Source: Protoeuglena noctilucae (Eukaryota). Taken from it: DNA of 64,000 nt. A model generated the notes under the pieces. It was not told the origin of the DNA, searched no databases, and was given only the letters and a program-made list of their open reading frames with translations. A program made the position numbers and the translations under genes. Location of the stretch: contig OY253671.1 in assembly GCA_958009085.1 (NCBI GenBank), positions 248,001 to 312,000 on the forward strand, in the 5' to 3' direction. Shown one piece after another: positions 37,441 to 50,769 of this stretch (the stretch's first letter is position 1; each line of letters opens with the position of its first letter).

Positions 37441-37898
37441 GGTCGCACCAGCGGGGTCCGAGGGCTAGGGTCTCAGCTCTTCTGAGAATCAAGCACGCCT
37501 TGGGAATGGAATGGATTGGAAGCGAGTGAATTGGATGCAAGACACTGCAAGGTTGCCCGCCGATTCCCGCAGCTCCTGCGCATTGCGCGGCGAAATAGCG
37601 GCGCGCCAAGGCACTTGCGTCTGACCATGCAGCAATTGCTTCATTGCACGCACCCGCTACCTATCACCTTGTCTTGAGAATGTCTTCCAGCAGTGCTCAG
37701 ACCTTTGACCACTGCGCGTGGCGGCGTGACGCGGGGTCGGCGCTGTCATGGGACTGCAGAGGACCTCGGGACTGACGCACTCACTTGGCCCCTCGCCGGG
37801 CCGCGGACATAGTGAGAGAGTGTTTGTGAGCCTGCTGCTTTCAGAAGTGCGTTTGGACGTCGAGCATCCTTTCGCGCGAGCCCCAGCACCCGACCCGC

Positions 37899-40582
37899 AT
37901 GCGGTCCCCCGCCTGCGCGCCCGGGTCGCAGTCGCCGCGGCTGGTCCTGTACGTTGGCGCATTGCTTTGTTTGCTGGGTCATGTGGTCGCTGCCGCGCAG
38001 GCCGACCCGGGCGGGGTGACCTTGCGGACCGTGAAACTGCCGCACCTTGCCGCATCGCTCTTGCACAGAGGTTTCCTCAACCCCGCGTCGAGCTCCGATG
38101 CGGATGGGACTCGGGGTCGGGGACTCGCGGCGAACGCAGGCCCGGGGCCCCGGACTGTGGGCTCGGCGGCGGCGCTGGACGGGGTGGCGACGTCATCGCT
38201 CGATGACCAGAGCGTCTTGCGAAACACCCCCAAGGGCCACGCTGATGTGGTCGGAGTCGCCGTCTCCGCCTCCGACTTCCCAGGGCTTGACCTGGTCAAG
38301 GTGACCGTCGACGTGGCTGCAGCCCCACACGCGCCCCGCACGTGGCCGCTGTGAAGCCATCAGGCTGATCCTAGCTCCCTAGCTCCGACCGCGGCGGTCG
38401 CAGGACGGGGGAAGGAGCCTCGCCGAGGACGGGTCCTTGCACATCCAGGCCTTGTTCGTCTCGCCCGGCTCCGCGTGGGTGACCCTGCTGATTGGCGACA
38501 TCAGCCTCCCAGACGGCGTCCAGCTGTACATCACGGCACCCGACGAGCAGGGAGGGGTCCCGAGTCCCTGCACCCCGGCCGCCAGCTGCCAAAGCGTGAC
38601 CTCCTCCACCCTGCGGGGCGCCTCGACCCTCTCCTCCATCCCCATCGCAGGAGGTGTGAGCCTCTTGAAGGTTGCCTTCGAGTCTTAACGCCGCCCGTCA
38701 CTGCGGAGACAGCATTCCGTCAGTCCATGCTCGCAGAGGAGGTCTTTGTGCAGCTGGTTATCCCTGGCAACGACCCCGCGCTCCTCGCCAAAACGCGCGT
38801 TTGGGTCGAGTCCGTCATCCAGGGCTTCAAGGGACTGGAGAAAGACGACCCGGTGCGTGTTGCAGCGATGCATGTTCGCAACTGTGTCCTCGTGCACCGG
38901 CCGTTGGCTCACACCTGAGTCGCCTGAGGCTCCTCATGTAACCCGAACCTTTGACGCAGGTGGCCACACCGCCAGGGCTGGAGCCGCCGCCGACCCCACC
39001 TCTGCCAGTGATCAAGAACTTCCAGAAGCCATGGTTCGCCGGCAAGTCTGGGCCCTGCAACGTCGACGTGCGGTGCACGCTCGGCATGCCCGAGGACGAC
39101 CTTCGCCACGGCATCGTCGAGATTCTGGCAGCCACGCCCTCGGCTGGCGCCGTCAAGTGCTCCGGGTCGCTTCTGGACAACGTCGGGCAGCGGCAGCTGG
39201 TGAGTGCGCGTGTGTGGCAGGGGCCGGCGGATGGCAGTGGTCGGGTGGCAAGTGCTGGGGTGGGCGGTGCTGCGGCGGGCGGTGCTGCGGCGAGGCTGCC
39301 ACCTGCGGGGTTGCAGGTACTGACGGCCTCGCATTGCCGCCAGGGGGCGAACGACGACGGCAGGTACTACTCTTTCCTGTTTAACTACGAGTACCCCTGC
39401 CTCGCCTCCGACTACCACGGCTACTCTGACTACGTCGACGGTGGCAACATCGTCTACTGGGACGAAGTCGTGGACATGATGGTGGTCGAGATCACCAAAC
39501 CCATCCCGATGAACTACCGGGCCTTCTTCCTGGTGCGCATCGTGCTGCCACGCTCGCGGCTCGCCCACTGCAGTGCAGGCGCTAGCAGCCAGGGCTCTTG
39601 CGCTGCTGAGCCAGGCGTCGGTTGTATGCCACCGCAGGGATGGGACGTGAGCGGCCAGGTCCCTGGACCAGTGCTCACTATGCACCACCCTCGCGGGGAT
39701 GTGAAGAAGATCAGGTGCTAGCCACTGGGATATCTGTCCCTGGCACGGCGGCATGGGGTTGCCTGGGTGCGTGGCACGCGACGCTGACATCGCTGCCCTC
39801 CCTGACCCTGCCGCAGTCACGACTACAACGCCCCGGGACATTCCTGTCCCTCCTGCGAGAGCGGGCTGTCTCCGGCCGACGCCACGTCCGTCAACGTGCG
39901 GTGGATCGTGGAGGCATGGAGCACCGGGACCACGGAGCCCGGCAGCAGTGGTGCCCCGCTATTCGACCAAAACACGGGTCTCGTCGTGGTGAGAACACGA
40001 GGTTTTCAAGTCTCTCAGGCGCACTCGCACGCAGCACGCTTTCATGCAACAAAGCTGCACCCACGCCACTGCCTCCTGAAAGCCCCCTGCAGCCCCTAGC
40101 ACCCCATGGCTCCATGGGAAAGCATTCAAATCGCCCACCCATGCCCCGCACATCCTCGTCGCTCTCAGGGAGCACTGAGTGGAGGGACAGCGGAGTGTCC
40201 CGCCGGGGATGGCTATGACGCTTTTGGCAAGCTCAGCAAAGCGTGGGAGAGGGGACTGTCCCAAGTGCTCATGGGCCCCACGCCGCAGCCCATTATCAAC
40301 GCCCAGGCGGCGTCCGTGACGGCTCAGGTGGCCTCTGCCAGCAACTTCACAGGCGAGGGCCCCAGCATGAGCAGACACGCACCCGCATGCCGCGATGGGG
40401 CACATATCGACGCGGGCCCTTTCCCTCGCCTCGCAGATGCAAGCGGCCAGCCGATACTCAAGATGGGCGGCACATGGGCGCCCGACAACGGCGTGTGGAC
40501 CTCCAGTACCTCGCCCCGTCGCGTGTCCGCTGCCGCCCTCGCCGTAGCCCTCGCGCTTTTCGCGACCGTGACCGTGATGTGA
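37899..40582 (+). CDS. Secreted chymotrypsin-clan serine protease of the bacterial lysyl-endopeptidase (Lys-C/protease IV) type, with C-terminal hydrophobic anchor
   Basis: Signal peptide; prodomain-like SPGSAWVTL..LPDGVQLY; SGPCNVDVRC, CSGSLLDN, VLTASHC (His), FNYEYPC, VDMMVVEI (Asp), GWD, MHHPRGDVKKI, GTTEPGSSGAPLFDQN (Ser), GALSGG, DAFGKL; tail AAALAVALALFATVTVM*. Confidence 0.8.
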
Positions 40583-40600
40583 ATGTGACCGGCTTGAGTG

Positions 40601-41485
40601 CTATGCGACCCGCATTTGCTCCACCCCGGCGACCACGGCAGCGGAGCCGTCCAACTCTGGGATGTCTGCTGGGGGCGGCAGGAGGAGCTTGAGGCGAAAC
40701 GCGTCCTGGTTGCTCATGTAGTAGCGATGGAGGCGCTTGTCCCGGATAAAACCCATCCGCTCGTACAGAGAGAGCGCCGCTCCGTTCGTCGTCTGCGCGC
40801 CGGGAGGTCAGAAAGGGTCGGTGCAGGTGTTCGGCGCTCCCAGGCCCGCGGTCGCGTCCCGGGCCGCGTACCTCCGCCTCAAGCACGACTTCATCCGCCC
40901 CGCGTCTCTGCATTTCCTCGATGGACATCCGGACGAGCTTGCTGCCCACGCCGAGCCCTCGGTAGGCATCCTCCACCACCAGCATCGCAATGTACCCGCG
41001 ATTGGAGCCGCTTTTGTGCTCCTCCTGCTTGCACACGACCGTCCCTGCACAACAACGACGCAGGTGGGATCTAACGAGGAGCGGCGCGGGAAACGGCGCA
41101 GGGCGGGGCCCGAAACACGTCGGCCTGCTCACCGAAGCAGTGCTCGCCGTCCATGGCCAGGAAGCACAGGTGGGGCCACTGATGGAGAAAGTAGCGGTAC
41201 GTGAATATGGAATACGGCTCGCTGAGCTCGTTGTCAATGAGGTGCATGACGATGGGCAAGTCACGCTCGTCCACGTAGCGCCTGGAGGGGCGGCAGCGGG
41301 CGATGGAGCTCGCGGCGCCCAAGAACAGCTCGTGTGGACAGCAATACACACGAGCGATGGGATGCTGCCCTGGCTAGAGCTCGCCTGTAGACGACATCAT
41401 CCGCAGCGATTGGCGGGCGCCTTGGCGCTGCTCCGTCCGCGCCCGGGCCAGATGTACTCGCTAAGCCCGAGTCGCGCCCGTCCAT
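40601..41485 (-). CDS. NAA30: N-terminal acetyltransferase NatC catalytic subunit (NAA30/MAK3)
   Basis: [97 protein letters not shown]. Confidence 0.93.
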
Positions 41486-42009
41486 CCTGCAGTCCACGGA
41501 TTTGGCTACTGGAGCTGCTATCCCTGCGCGTCCCCCTGCCCTGTGCACAGGCCGAAAATCCACTTCCGCGATGCAACGTACGATCGATGTCCTAAGTCGC
41601 GTTGTCGTGCGCAGCACTTCGGGACCTCTAAGTAAGACCAGGCACTTCAAGGCCCCGGCGCAGCGTAGGAAACGCACTCGAGCGCAGCGCACGAGGCTGA
41701 AGGAACAGAGGGCAACGAGATCACTGCACAAACAGTCGCAGAGCAGCGGTTAGCACCGCGCATGCTACGAATGGCAAATCCACATGCATCACATCACATG
41801 TCACCGAGGCCCCACCCCGCTGGTGGGAGCGCTTGACTATGCTACGACAATCGCAGGCTTGCTAGGTCGCTACGCAGCGGGCTCTTGTCCCAAATGAAGG
41901 CGCCCTCTGTGACGATCACAGAGCATATCATGCTGTGAGCATTGGTGTCCATGGCGCCGTCCTATGCCAGGTGACAATTCGCCCCTGCTGCCCGCCCTCG
42001 TTTACATGC

Positions 42010-45000
42010 TCAAGGCTTGACACCCAGCAGGGACGCCACGCCCTGCCCGACCAAGCGGGCCGACTGAGTCGCCCACGACACCCATCCACCGCCCCCAGCC
42101 GCTCCCTCAGTGCTCGACTTCCTGGTTGACTCACGCGGGCTGCGCGGGCTGACCATCGCGCGCGTGCGGATGCCGCCTGCGTGGAGGGCGGACGGAACAG
42201 CGCGGCGTTCGCATGGCCGAGCACATGGGCCAGCCAGCCACGCCGCGTCGCCTCAGCCCCTCACTCGACAATCGCGAGGGTCCGCGGGTCCCCGTCTGGC
42301 GGCTCGTGACCGGCAGCCGCGTGATGGTGGGCCCGCCGGCTCCACCAGCGCTCGATTCCGACGCGGCCGTGGAACCCGTGGGCTCGAGGAGCAGCCCGCC
42401 GTCGTCAGCGTCAATCACGACATCTGCAGGGTCGCTGCCGCCCCGTGCCACCGCCTCCTCCCACCGCGCACCGAGCACGGTCCGGCCCGCCGCGGGCGAC
42501 GTGGGCTCGCCTCCGGCCCCGGGCGTCCCCGGCCTCGAGCCGATGAGGGTCGCCAGGCGCTCCTGGGGGGTCGGCACGTGGGTCACACGCCGGTGCGTCA
42601 CCCAGTCGAATTGGTACCGTGCTCCCGACTGCTCGTCCCGCAGCCACATGAGCGCCTGCGGGCGGAGGGACCGAGAGGCTCAACTATCTCAACTAGCTGC
42701 GCCGAGTGCGACGTCCACACCCACCCGTTCGCCCCCGACAGTCCCCCTTCAGGTCACCTTGCTTTCGTCTGCGGACATGAGCCCGCCGCAGCGAACGAGC
42801 GAGAACTCCCCTCGCTGCAAGCGGTCCCTCTCCACGTGGAGGAGCATCCGGAAGACGGAGTCGAGCGGGTGAGCACGCTGCGTGGCGCCTGCAGACACAC
42901 GGTGTCACAAGAGCCGGGTCACGGTCACACCTCACACCCGACGGCGCCCCACTTGCTACCGCACGTGTTCTACCCCGCCGCCACCCTCGCCTGACACCCT
43001 GTCCCGGTAGTAGGCGCCGTGGCCGTCCTGCAGCTCCTCCCACCCCTCGGGCAGCGGCGCCAGGACGGCCTGCCGGGCGATCCACATGAGCAGGGGCTCG
43101 TTGGACGGCTCCATGCCCAGATACGTCGCCATCATCGTGACTTCGTTGAACGTGACGTCTTCCTTAATCGCCTCCCTCATCATCCGCACCAGCGCACGGT
43201 AGTCTCGGTCCAAGGGGTGCGTGTAGCTCGCCTTCCCCGTGTCCGGGGCCACGTACACCACCTCCCCCCGGTGGTCCTGCACGAGCAAGCGGAAGGCCAC
43301 CCATCGCAGGTGCACGCCACACCCCAGCCCCCGCACCTTCCAAACCACCACCCCTCGCAGCCGCAACCCCGCACCTCAAAGACCTTCCAGCCATCGGGCA
43401 CGGGCGCACACAAAGCCTGCTCGGCGATCCACAGCAGCTCGGAGTCGTCTCCGGGGCGCATCCCCAGGAACTTAGCGTGCTCGGCAATCTCCTCCTCGGT
43501 CGGTGGCTCGATCTGCTCCAGGAGCTCCACGTCCGCGTCGGGGAGGCCCGTGCTGTCGCGGGTGCGCGAGCCCACGCTGCGTGCCTGGGACGAGGGCGGC
43601 CGCGCACCCAAGGCGCAGAGTCCGGGGGCGGGGGGCGCCGCGCGGGGCGGGCGGGCCCGGGGCTCCGGGGACGCCGCGGGCGGCGCGTCCGCCTCGGCAA
43701 GGTCGGACAGCGACGGCTCCCGCGACCCCTCGGCGCGGCTGCGCTCGATGTCCTCGCGCGTGACCACCAGCTGCGGCGCCGGGCCCCTGCCGTCAGGCGC
43801 CTGTGCCGGGTCCAGATCGGCAGCCAGGTCGGCGAACGCCAGCGTCCGGGGCGCGGCGTCCATCGTTCGCTGCACCGTGTCTGCAGGGGCAGGGCCACCG
43901 TGGGTGCGGTTCGGGATGAGGCACTGAGTGTGTCGAGACGGTTCGCGCGTCCCGTCAAGCGCGCTGCGGGCGAGCGAGGTGCGGCGGAGGACTCACCGGG
44001 TGCCACGGGCGTGAGGCCGGGGATGGTGCTGGAGGGGGTGGCTGAGGGCGTCGTTGGGGGAGGGGTGGGGACGTCCTCGGCACGCTTGCGGCGGGGCGGC
44101 GGCGGGGGTGGCGGGGGGCTGTGGGCCGCCGGGGGGTCCGCGCCGGGGTGTGCGCTCTGCCGTGGCCCCAGCACGGCGGCCTTGGACAGCGAGGCAGTCG
44201 CCGATGACTTGCGGGGCGGGGGCGGCGGTGGCGGCGGTGGGGGCGGGGGTGGTGCGCCCGCCCTCCGAGGCGCGGGTGCCTGGTAGATCTCGTCTCGTGA
44301 CACCGACACCACCTTGGGCAGCGCGCCCGCCCCTGGCCCTGCGGCCCTCCCGCCGGGCCCCTCCGGCCCACCCAGCTCCTCCTCCAACATCTCCGCCCAC
44401 GACTTGTCCGTCTCATTCATGCTCTTGAGCGCGAGCCACGTCGGGGACTCGTCCCCCGGGCCGCCCGCCCGCGCGTGCCCGCCGATGTCCAGGCTCGACA
44501 TGCTGGGCTCGCGCGCGCGGCCTCCCTCCGGCGCCGCGTCCTCCTCCGGGGCCGCGTGATCTCCTGATCCGGGCCCACCGGTATTTTCCGCGTGGTCCGG
44601 GGCCGGCGCTGCGCTCTCCGCGTCGTGCGGTGCGTCTTCGCCATCCTCGTCGGGCCCCGACGTCTCCTGGGTGCTCTCCCCGTCCTCCTGGCCCGGCGCA
44701 GTGCCCCCGACTTCCATCAGGTCGGAGCTCTGGAAGACCGGGTTCTTCACCATTGCCGGGGCCGCCCCGGCGAAAGATGCTCCGTCGTCCCCGGAGGGGC
44801 TGGCCCGGCCGCTGGCGTCCGGGCTGCTCGCGTCCTGCACGCCCGCCGGAGCCCTCCTCGCACTTTCGGAAGCTATCGATCCCGTGCTCTCATTCCCACT
44901 CGCCGCCGGGTCCTGCGCGCACGCGAGAGAGGGCACCCGGATGCTCAAACAAGTCCTGCGGCCCGGGACGCACAGGCGTGGTCTCGGCGAACACGGCAGG

Positions 45001-45360
45001 TGACGCGGGAGTAACGAGAGTCACACACGCGTGTTCAGGGGCCGCCGAGGGGGCGGCAACGTCGCGCACGGACGAACCTCTGCCAGCGGCCCACGAACTT
45101 GCTTCTTCTTGGCCTTCCTCCTCAGAGACTTCCTCTGCGATTTGGACATCCTCTCCCCTCCCTCCCCCGACGCCGTGAGTCGCACCTGCGCGCACCATCG
45201 CCGGCGGATCAGGCCCTACGGTCCAGTCCAGCATGCCAAGCGCCGACCCGGGCCCCGCCGGTGCGCATCGCACCTGCAAGATGTCTTCATGCGACCCTTT
45301 CGCGTCCAGGGTCACCCTAGACACCGCGGCGTCGGTCGGCGGGGGCGCGATGGGCTCCAT
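42010..45360 (-). CDS. Pro-rich, largely disordered protein with two CEP164-type WW modules
   Basis: PTEEEIAEHAKFLGMRPGDDSELLWIAEQALCAPVPDGWK..YTHPLDRDYRALV and EVTMMATYLGMEPSNEPLLMWIARQAVLAPLPEGWEEL..HPLDSVFRML; last exon ..VASLLGVKP* followed by TGTAA. Confidence 0.7.
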
Positions 45361-45825
45361 GGGCGTTCACGTCGGCGTGCCCTCACCGGCCCACCCCGCC
45401 TTCTGGTCCGCCGGCAGACGAGGACCACGGATATGTCAAGCTAGCACAATCGAGGTCACGGCGACGCGGCTCTCGGGCTCGCGGGAGCCGGTCAACTGAA
45501 GTTATATTTCTCTCAACTGCCGCGATCTGCCAGAGCTCTGGCGTGCGTTGCGCATGGCACGTGCATCGCACCGTGCGCCGCGATAGATCAGGAGGAAAGC
45601 AAATGGCCGGCTGCGCCAGTTCCTTTCGCTGCACGCACTGCTGGATGCTGGGCCCTTTATTGGGTCATACAGCACACGACGTGTTCGAGTAAAGCCCATC
45701 CGCGTCAATTATCGAGAGTAGGGTCCTTTCAGTCACCACGGCTGTGGACTCGTGCCGCAGCTTGGCCGTCTGCATGTGTTGCATGCTGCTGCCGCACACT
45801 AGGCAGCGATCATCCGGGTCAGTTC

Positions 45826-47681
45826 TCAATTCTTCGCCGCCGCCTCCTTGTGGGACTTGACGGGCGCCTGCCCGTGCCGGAGGCCCAGGCTGCCCAGGCC
45901 CTCCGGGTCTCGGTTGTACGCGTCGTCGCCCCCCGCATCCATGAACGACGCAAAGGAGGCGTACTTGGGCGCCCATCCGAGCTGCTCGCGCGTGGCACCT
46001 GCCAGGGCACGAAGCGCGTCAGGGAGCGTCGGGCGCTGGCCTCTCACAGGCGGCCACGTGCCAGCGAGCCACGCGCCACGTGTTAGGGCGGGCGACTCAC
46101 GGTTGCTCACACGCTTGCCCCTCTGCGGCTCGTCGGCCTCCGTGAACGTGACCTGGCCCTGGAACTTGCCGGAACGCAGCGTCGCATCCATCATGTCACG
46201 GAACGTCACCGGCACCCCGTCCGCACCCAAGAAGAGCTTCCCACGGTAGCCCTGCAGTCGAGGGGTGAGGGGTGACCAGCTGCACTCGAGCGGCACCCCA
46301 CGCGCTTAGTCTGGACGCCGCGACGAAAGCATGCAGGCGGCGGGCGCACCTTGCCGCCGGACCCGTCCCCAGCCAGGGCCGCGACGGCCATGGACGCCGC
46401 GTCCTCGTAATGCAAGAGGTTGACCAGGTACGATCCCGGGCGGGCGACCGTCCCCTGCCTCAGGAAGAACGTGTGCGCGCCCCGGTTGCAGTGGTAGAGC
46501 CCCACGTACCGAACCACGTTGCCGCTGGCACTGCGCAGCACGTAGCATGCCTTGCGTGAGGCGACCTTAGCTTGGAAACACGACGGAGGTCAACACGGAG
46601 ACATATAAGCAGCCATGCACGCATATATACATGCATATCTACGGTCCTTGCCTGAACACGGCGTCCTCCAGGTCGAGGAGACGGTCGCTCCGCTCGCCTG
46701 CACCCCTGGCGACCACGGGGGAGGTCTCGTCGACGTCCCCGCCGTTGTCCTCCACGTAGACCCCTCCAGACGCCGTGTACACTGCGGGACGCGTGGAGTG
46801 ATGGGATGACACAGGATGACGGCCTGTATGGGCGGCGTGGGACGGGGCGTACTGCAGCAGCACTTGCCGAAAGAGCCCCTCCCATCCCACAGCTGCAGCG
46901 CCGCCTTGATATCCTCCAGCGGATTCTCTGCAGGCGCAAGAGAGGGCCATATGCACGATACGTTCGTGGGTGCTGTCACTGTGTGAACAGCTCTGAAGCT
47001 TGCAAAGCAAAGATCGAACGGCGCGTTTCCAAGCAACTCATGGGCTCACCGGCTCCCGACGCGGGCGCCGAGTACAGGACGAAGGGATAGCGCTCACTGC
47101 CTGCCTGGGATCGGGTGCGGGGCTCCAGCCCCAGAGACCTGCATACCAAGTGCCCGACTTGCATATTATGCTATGGTACGTAGGAAACAACTCATACAAG
47201 TTACAGTTGCGCACTTGGCTTGCCTCAGCACCGGGTGGTTGTTCTCTGTGACGGTCTGGCCCACCACGGTCGCCCCGGGGTGGCGCTGCTTCCTGCGAGT
47301 GCACTGGGGGCACACAGGTCGGCGCGGATCCCCCTCAGATGCGGGCGTATGACAATGTTCGAATCTGCTGCGAGGACCCATGAAAAGCGCAGCTGATGAT
47401 GGGATTCAGTCCCCTCACCACAGCTGCCCCGCGAGGGCCCCGAGGACGCCGGGGCCCACGATGAGCAGGTCCGAGTCACCGATCGCGCTCTTCATTGTCG
47501 TCAGATGGCGGAGGGACGAGGGCAGCGGGGATCGCGCTCCGCGGAGAGGCCGGAATTGCCCGATCGCCCTGCTCCTGCTCAGCTCGACGCTGCGGCACCC
47601 GGTGCGAGCAGCGGCCCTGCCTAGCCGGCACTGGCGCTGGGAAAGGCTAGTCTGGATCGCGCACCCAGCAGACACCGCCAT
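45826..47681 (-). CDS. Atypical SDR / NAD(P)-binding Rossmann-fold protein (YeeZ-like), putatively plastid-targeted
   Basis: Transit-peptide-like N-terminus; DLLIVGPGVLG; F|VYTASGGVY..VDETSP; VVRYVGLY; VNLLHYEDAA; LGWAPKYASF. Confidence 0.8.
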
Positions 47682-47967
47682 CCTGCGCCCAACTCCCCAG
47701 ATATCCTGGGATGTCCTTGTCCGTCCGCTCCTGATCGTCGCGAGGAGAAGCTGATGTGCTTGCCAGGACGTCACAACGAAGTTGAATGCCAATCGGACCC
47801 GCGCGCCCTCAAATTTCGCCGTCCTGCTGCCCGGTAAACACGCTTCTGATGTGCTGCACCAGCCCAATGCGCGGCTGATTCCCCGGCAAGGGCGCTGCGA
47901 GGTGACCAGTAGCTGTCTGAATTGCGCATGGTTGCCTGGAGTCGCACGACAGCACGCGACGCATGGC

Positions 47968-50633
47968 ATGGGGGCATCGAAAAGGCGTCGGAATCGTGGC
48001 GAGGAGAGGGCGCCTGAGGACCACTTTGACGATCCCGCTGAGGTACTGACGAGTGCTTTCCGTTTGTCAAAATTGATATCGCGGAGGCCTGTTCATTTGG
48101 ACGCGCCGCAGCGACGCAACAGTCCCTCCGTCCTCGCAGGCCTTGGGTGATCGCGGGAGGGCTCATTGGCGACATGAGGGCGACGGCGACCTCGTAGGGA
48201 AAAGTTCCGATGTGAATGGAGCCACGGCTGGCGGGCACGACCCTCGCTGCGAGGGCGAGGGAGCATGCGGCGGTCAGGAGGCCGGCACGGGGCCGGACGG
48301 CGACGACGCGCAGCCGCGGCGCGGAGCAAGCGCAGAAGCAGAAGAGCCCTCCACATCAGAACCCGCAGAAACTGCGCGGCCGTCCCGCAAGCTCCAGCGC
48401 CAGTGCTTCCCCTACGGCAACTACCACCGGTGACGACCTGCGCGCAGTGGATGGCCAGCAGTCGACTTTGGAGCATTGACAGGCATCGAAGCCTGCGCTG
48501 GTATCGCAGATCTGTGACATGCAGCGGGCGCCTCGTCGCAGGTACTATGGCTATCGCCCGTCTGGGGCGTTTGACCTGGACCCGCGGTTGGGGTCCCTCC
48601 GGGCAGAGTGGGTCCGAGGGAAGCGCTGCATTGACATCGGGTGCCACCAGGGCGTGGTGGGCCTTGCCATCTGCCTGCACTTCCTGCCCCAGTCATATGT
48701 TGGCTACGACATTGACCCAGTCTTGGTCGACCGCGCTGTCAAGTCCCTCACCTGGGAGAGGCGAGGGCGGCTGTGGCTGGAGAATGCAGTGCGCGTGAGG
48801 AGTGACGTGCTGTGGTCGATTTGCGCTGGGACATTGCGAGAGTGCCACCCACAGGGCATGTGTTGGCATTGTCGGGATACCCCTTGATGCTCTTGCGCCT
48901 CGTGTGCTGCACAGGAAACGTTTGAAGGCTGCGCTGAGGGCGGGGGAGGAGCAGCCGCCTCGGAAGGCACGGCGGGTGACGACACCAGAGCCGACAGACG
49001 GGGCCGCAGGTGGCGGTGCTTGTGGGGACGGTGCTTGTGATGACGAAGTGGGTGTTAGGCCAGGCGAAGGAGATGCAGGGAACGGCGCTGGAGGTTGCCA
49101 TGGGAACGGCCACTCTTTGGGGCAGGATGGGTTGGGGCCAGTGCCGGGGGGCGTGGGAGAGGATGGGATGGCGTTGCAGGGCGGGGCACGCACAGAGGTG
49201 GATGCGGAGGGTGCGGCAGCGGGCGAGGGTGGTAACGGTGGCGGGGAAGGGTGCAGTGGGATGGGGGGTCATGCACCTGGAAATGGAAAAGGACAGGGTG
49301 TCATGTGGGCTCACGGGATGGCAGATGGGGAATGGCAGGGTGGGATGGGTGGGATGGCTCACGTGACGGCAGATGAGGCGCAGGGGGGTCCGAGCCCAAC
49401 GGCTCCGACTGCAGAGGAGCAGATTGAGGCTCTACGGCGTGTGCGGTTCGTGTGGTGAGCGTCGATGTCGATGCGGTCCTTTCGGGATTGTGGCGATATC
49501 GGGGGCAGGTGCAGCGACACATGACACGTTTGCTGTGGTATATCTCTGAGCTGACAGCTGACAGCTGAGAGTACCACGAGCGTGATGTTTTGTCACCATG
49601 GCGATGTCATCGATGGTCGCTGCGATGCAGGACCTCCAGCCCACTCGTGGCCCCACGTCACGTTTCTCTCCCGGTCCCCGCAGCACGAATTTTGTGGAGG
49701 CGGACGTGAGGCCCGGCTCAGCGGACCTCGTGCTGTGCCTGAGCGTCGCGAAGTGGATCCACATCAACTTTGGGGACGCAGGCCTGACGGCGGCCTTCCA
49801 GAAAATGGTCGACGCTCTCGTGCCGGTGAGGTGTCGTGCATGAAACCATTGCTTGACTGCAGCCCTGGGTTGCGAGCGTCGTTGCGTGTCGTATGGCCAG
49901 GCGGCGCGTAGCGAGCAGTGACTGCCGATGCTGGCTGCACGTGGCTTCGTTGCCCCACGCCTGCCTCTTGCAACTACCACACTTGCCCTCCCCCCACACC
50001 TCGACCGCCCCTCCCCGCCGTCGCCGTCGCCCCCAGGGTGGTGTCCTCATCCTGGAGCCCCAGCCTTGGAAGTCCTATCGCCAGGCATTCCACAAACAGA
50101 ATATGGCCGTGGTCCCGCACTACCGCCTGCACGAGCTGCACCTGCGGCCCGAGGGTTTCCCCCAGCTGCTGTCAGGGATGGGCATGGCGCTGATGGCTAC
50201 CATGACCCCACCGGGGGCGGAGGGGGGCTTTGCGAGGGAGATGCAGGTATACGTGAAGGGAGCGTCGGTGGGGGTGGAGATGGGGCGGGTCGAGGAGGCG
50301 AGTGGAGCGGGTGGGGTGGCGCAAGAGGGAGAGGGTGCAGGGGCAGGGGCGGGGGGGGGAGGGGGAGGTGACTGGAGGGGGTGCGGGGGTGACGTGAGTG
50401 GAGGTGCAGAGAGGGATACTAAAGCGCGTGAGGCTGGTCGTATCGTCATCGCGTTTGCGGTCACTCTTGATGTTGAAAGGGGGCTATCGAGCGGTAACAC
50501 ACACACGGTGGGTGAGGGGCCACCTCCACAACGACTCCTGCCACTAACAATGCAGCGAACGTCGACAGCTGACAACTCCCATCGCGCCCTTGATGGCCGC
50601 ACATCTCGCTGTCTTACATCCTCCCCTGCGTGA
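47968..50633 (+). CDS. MEPCE: Bin3/MEPCE-family RNA methylphosphate capping methyltransferase; 3' end uncertain
   Basis: FPYGNYHR|YYGYR..DPRL..IDIGCHQG..GYDIDPVLV; DLVLCLSVAKWIHINFGDAGL..|GGVLILEPQPWKSY..LRPEGF. Confidence 0.85.
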
Positions 50634-50769
50634 GAGCAAACGACACCCCACGGTCATCACAAGGCAACACGCTACGCCTGCCACCACGCGCTGTGTCAAG
50701 GAGCCAAACGAGTACTAGACATCGCAAGCCATTCCTTCAGGACGCAAACCCCGCAACCCTCGCCTTGTC

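Noticed and set aside
48915..49455. Long Gly-rich low-complexity insert within the Bin3/MEPCE gene
   Set aside because: A variable insert at this position is usual in this family, and part of it may be intronic.
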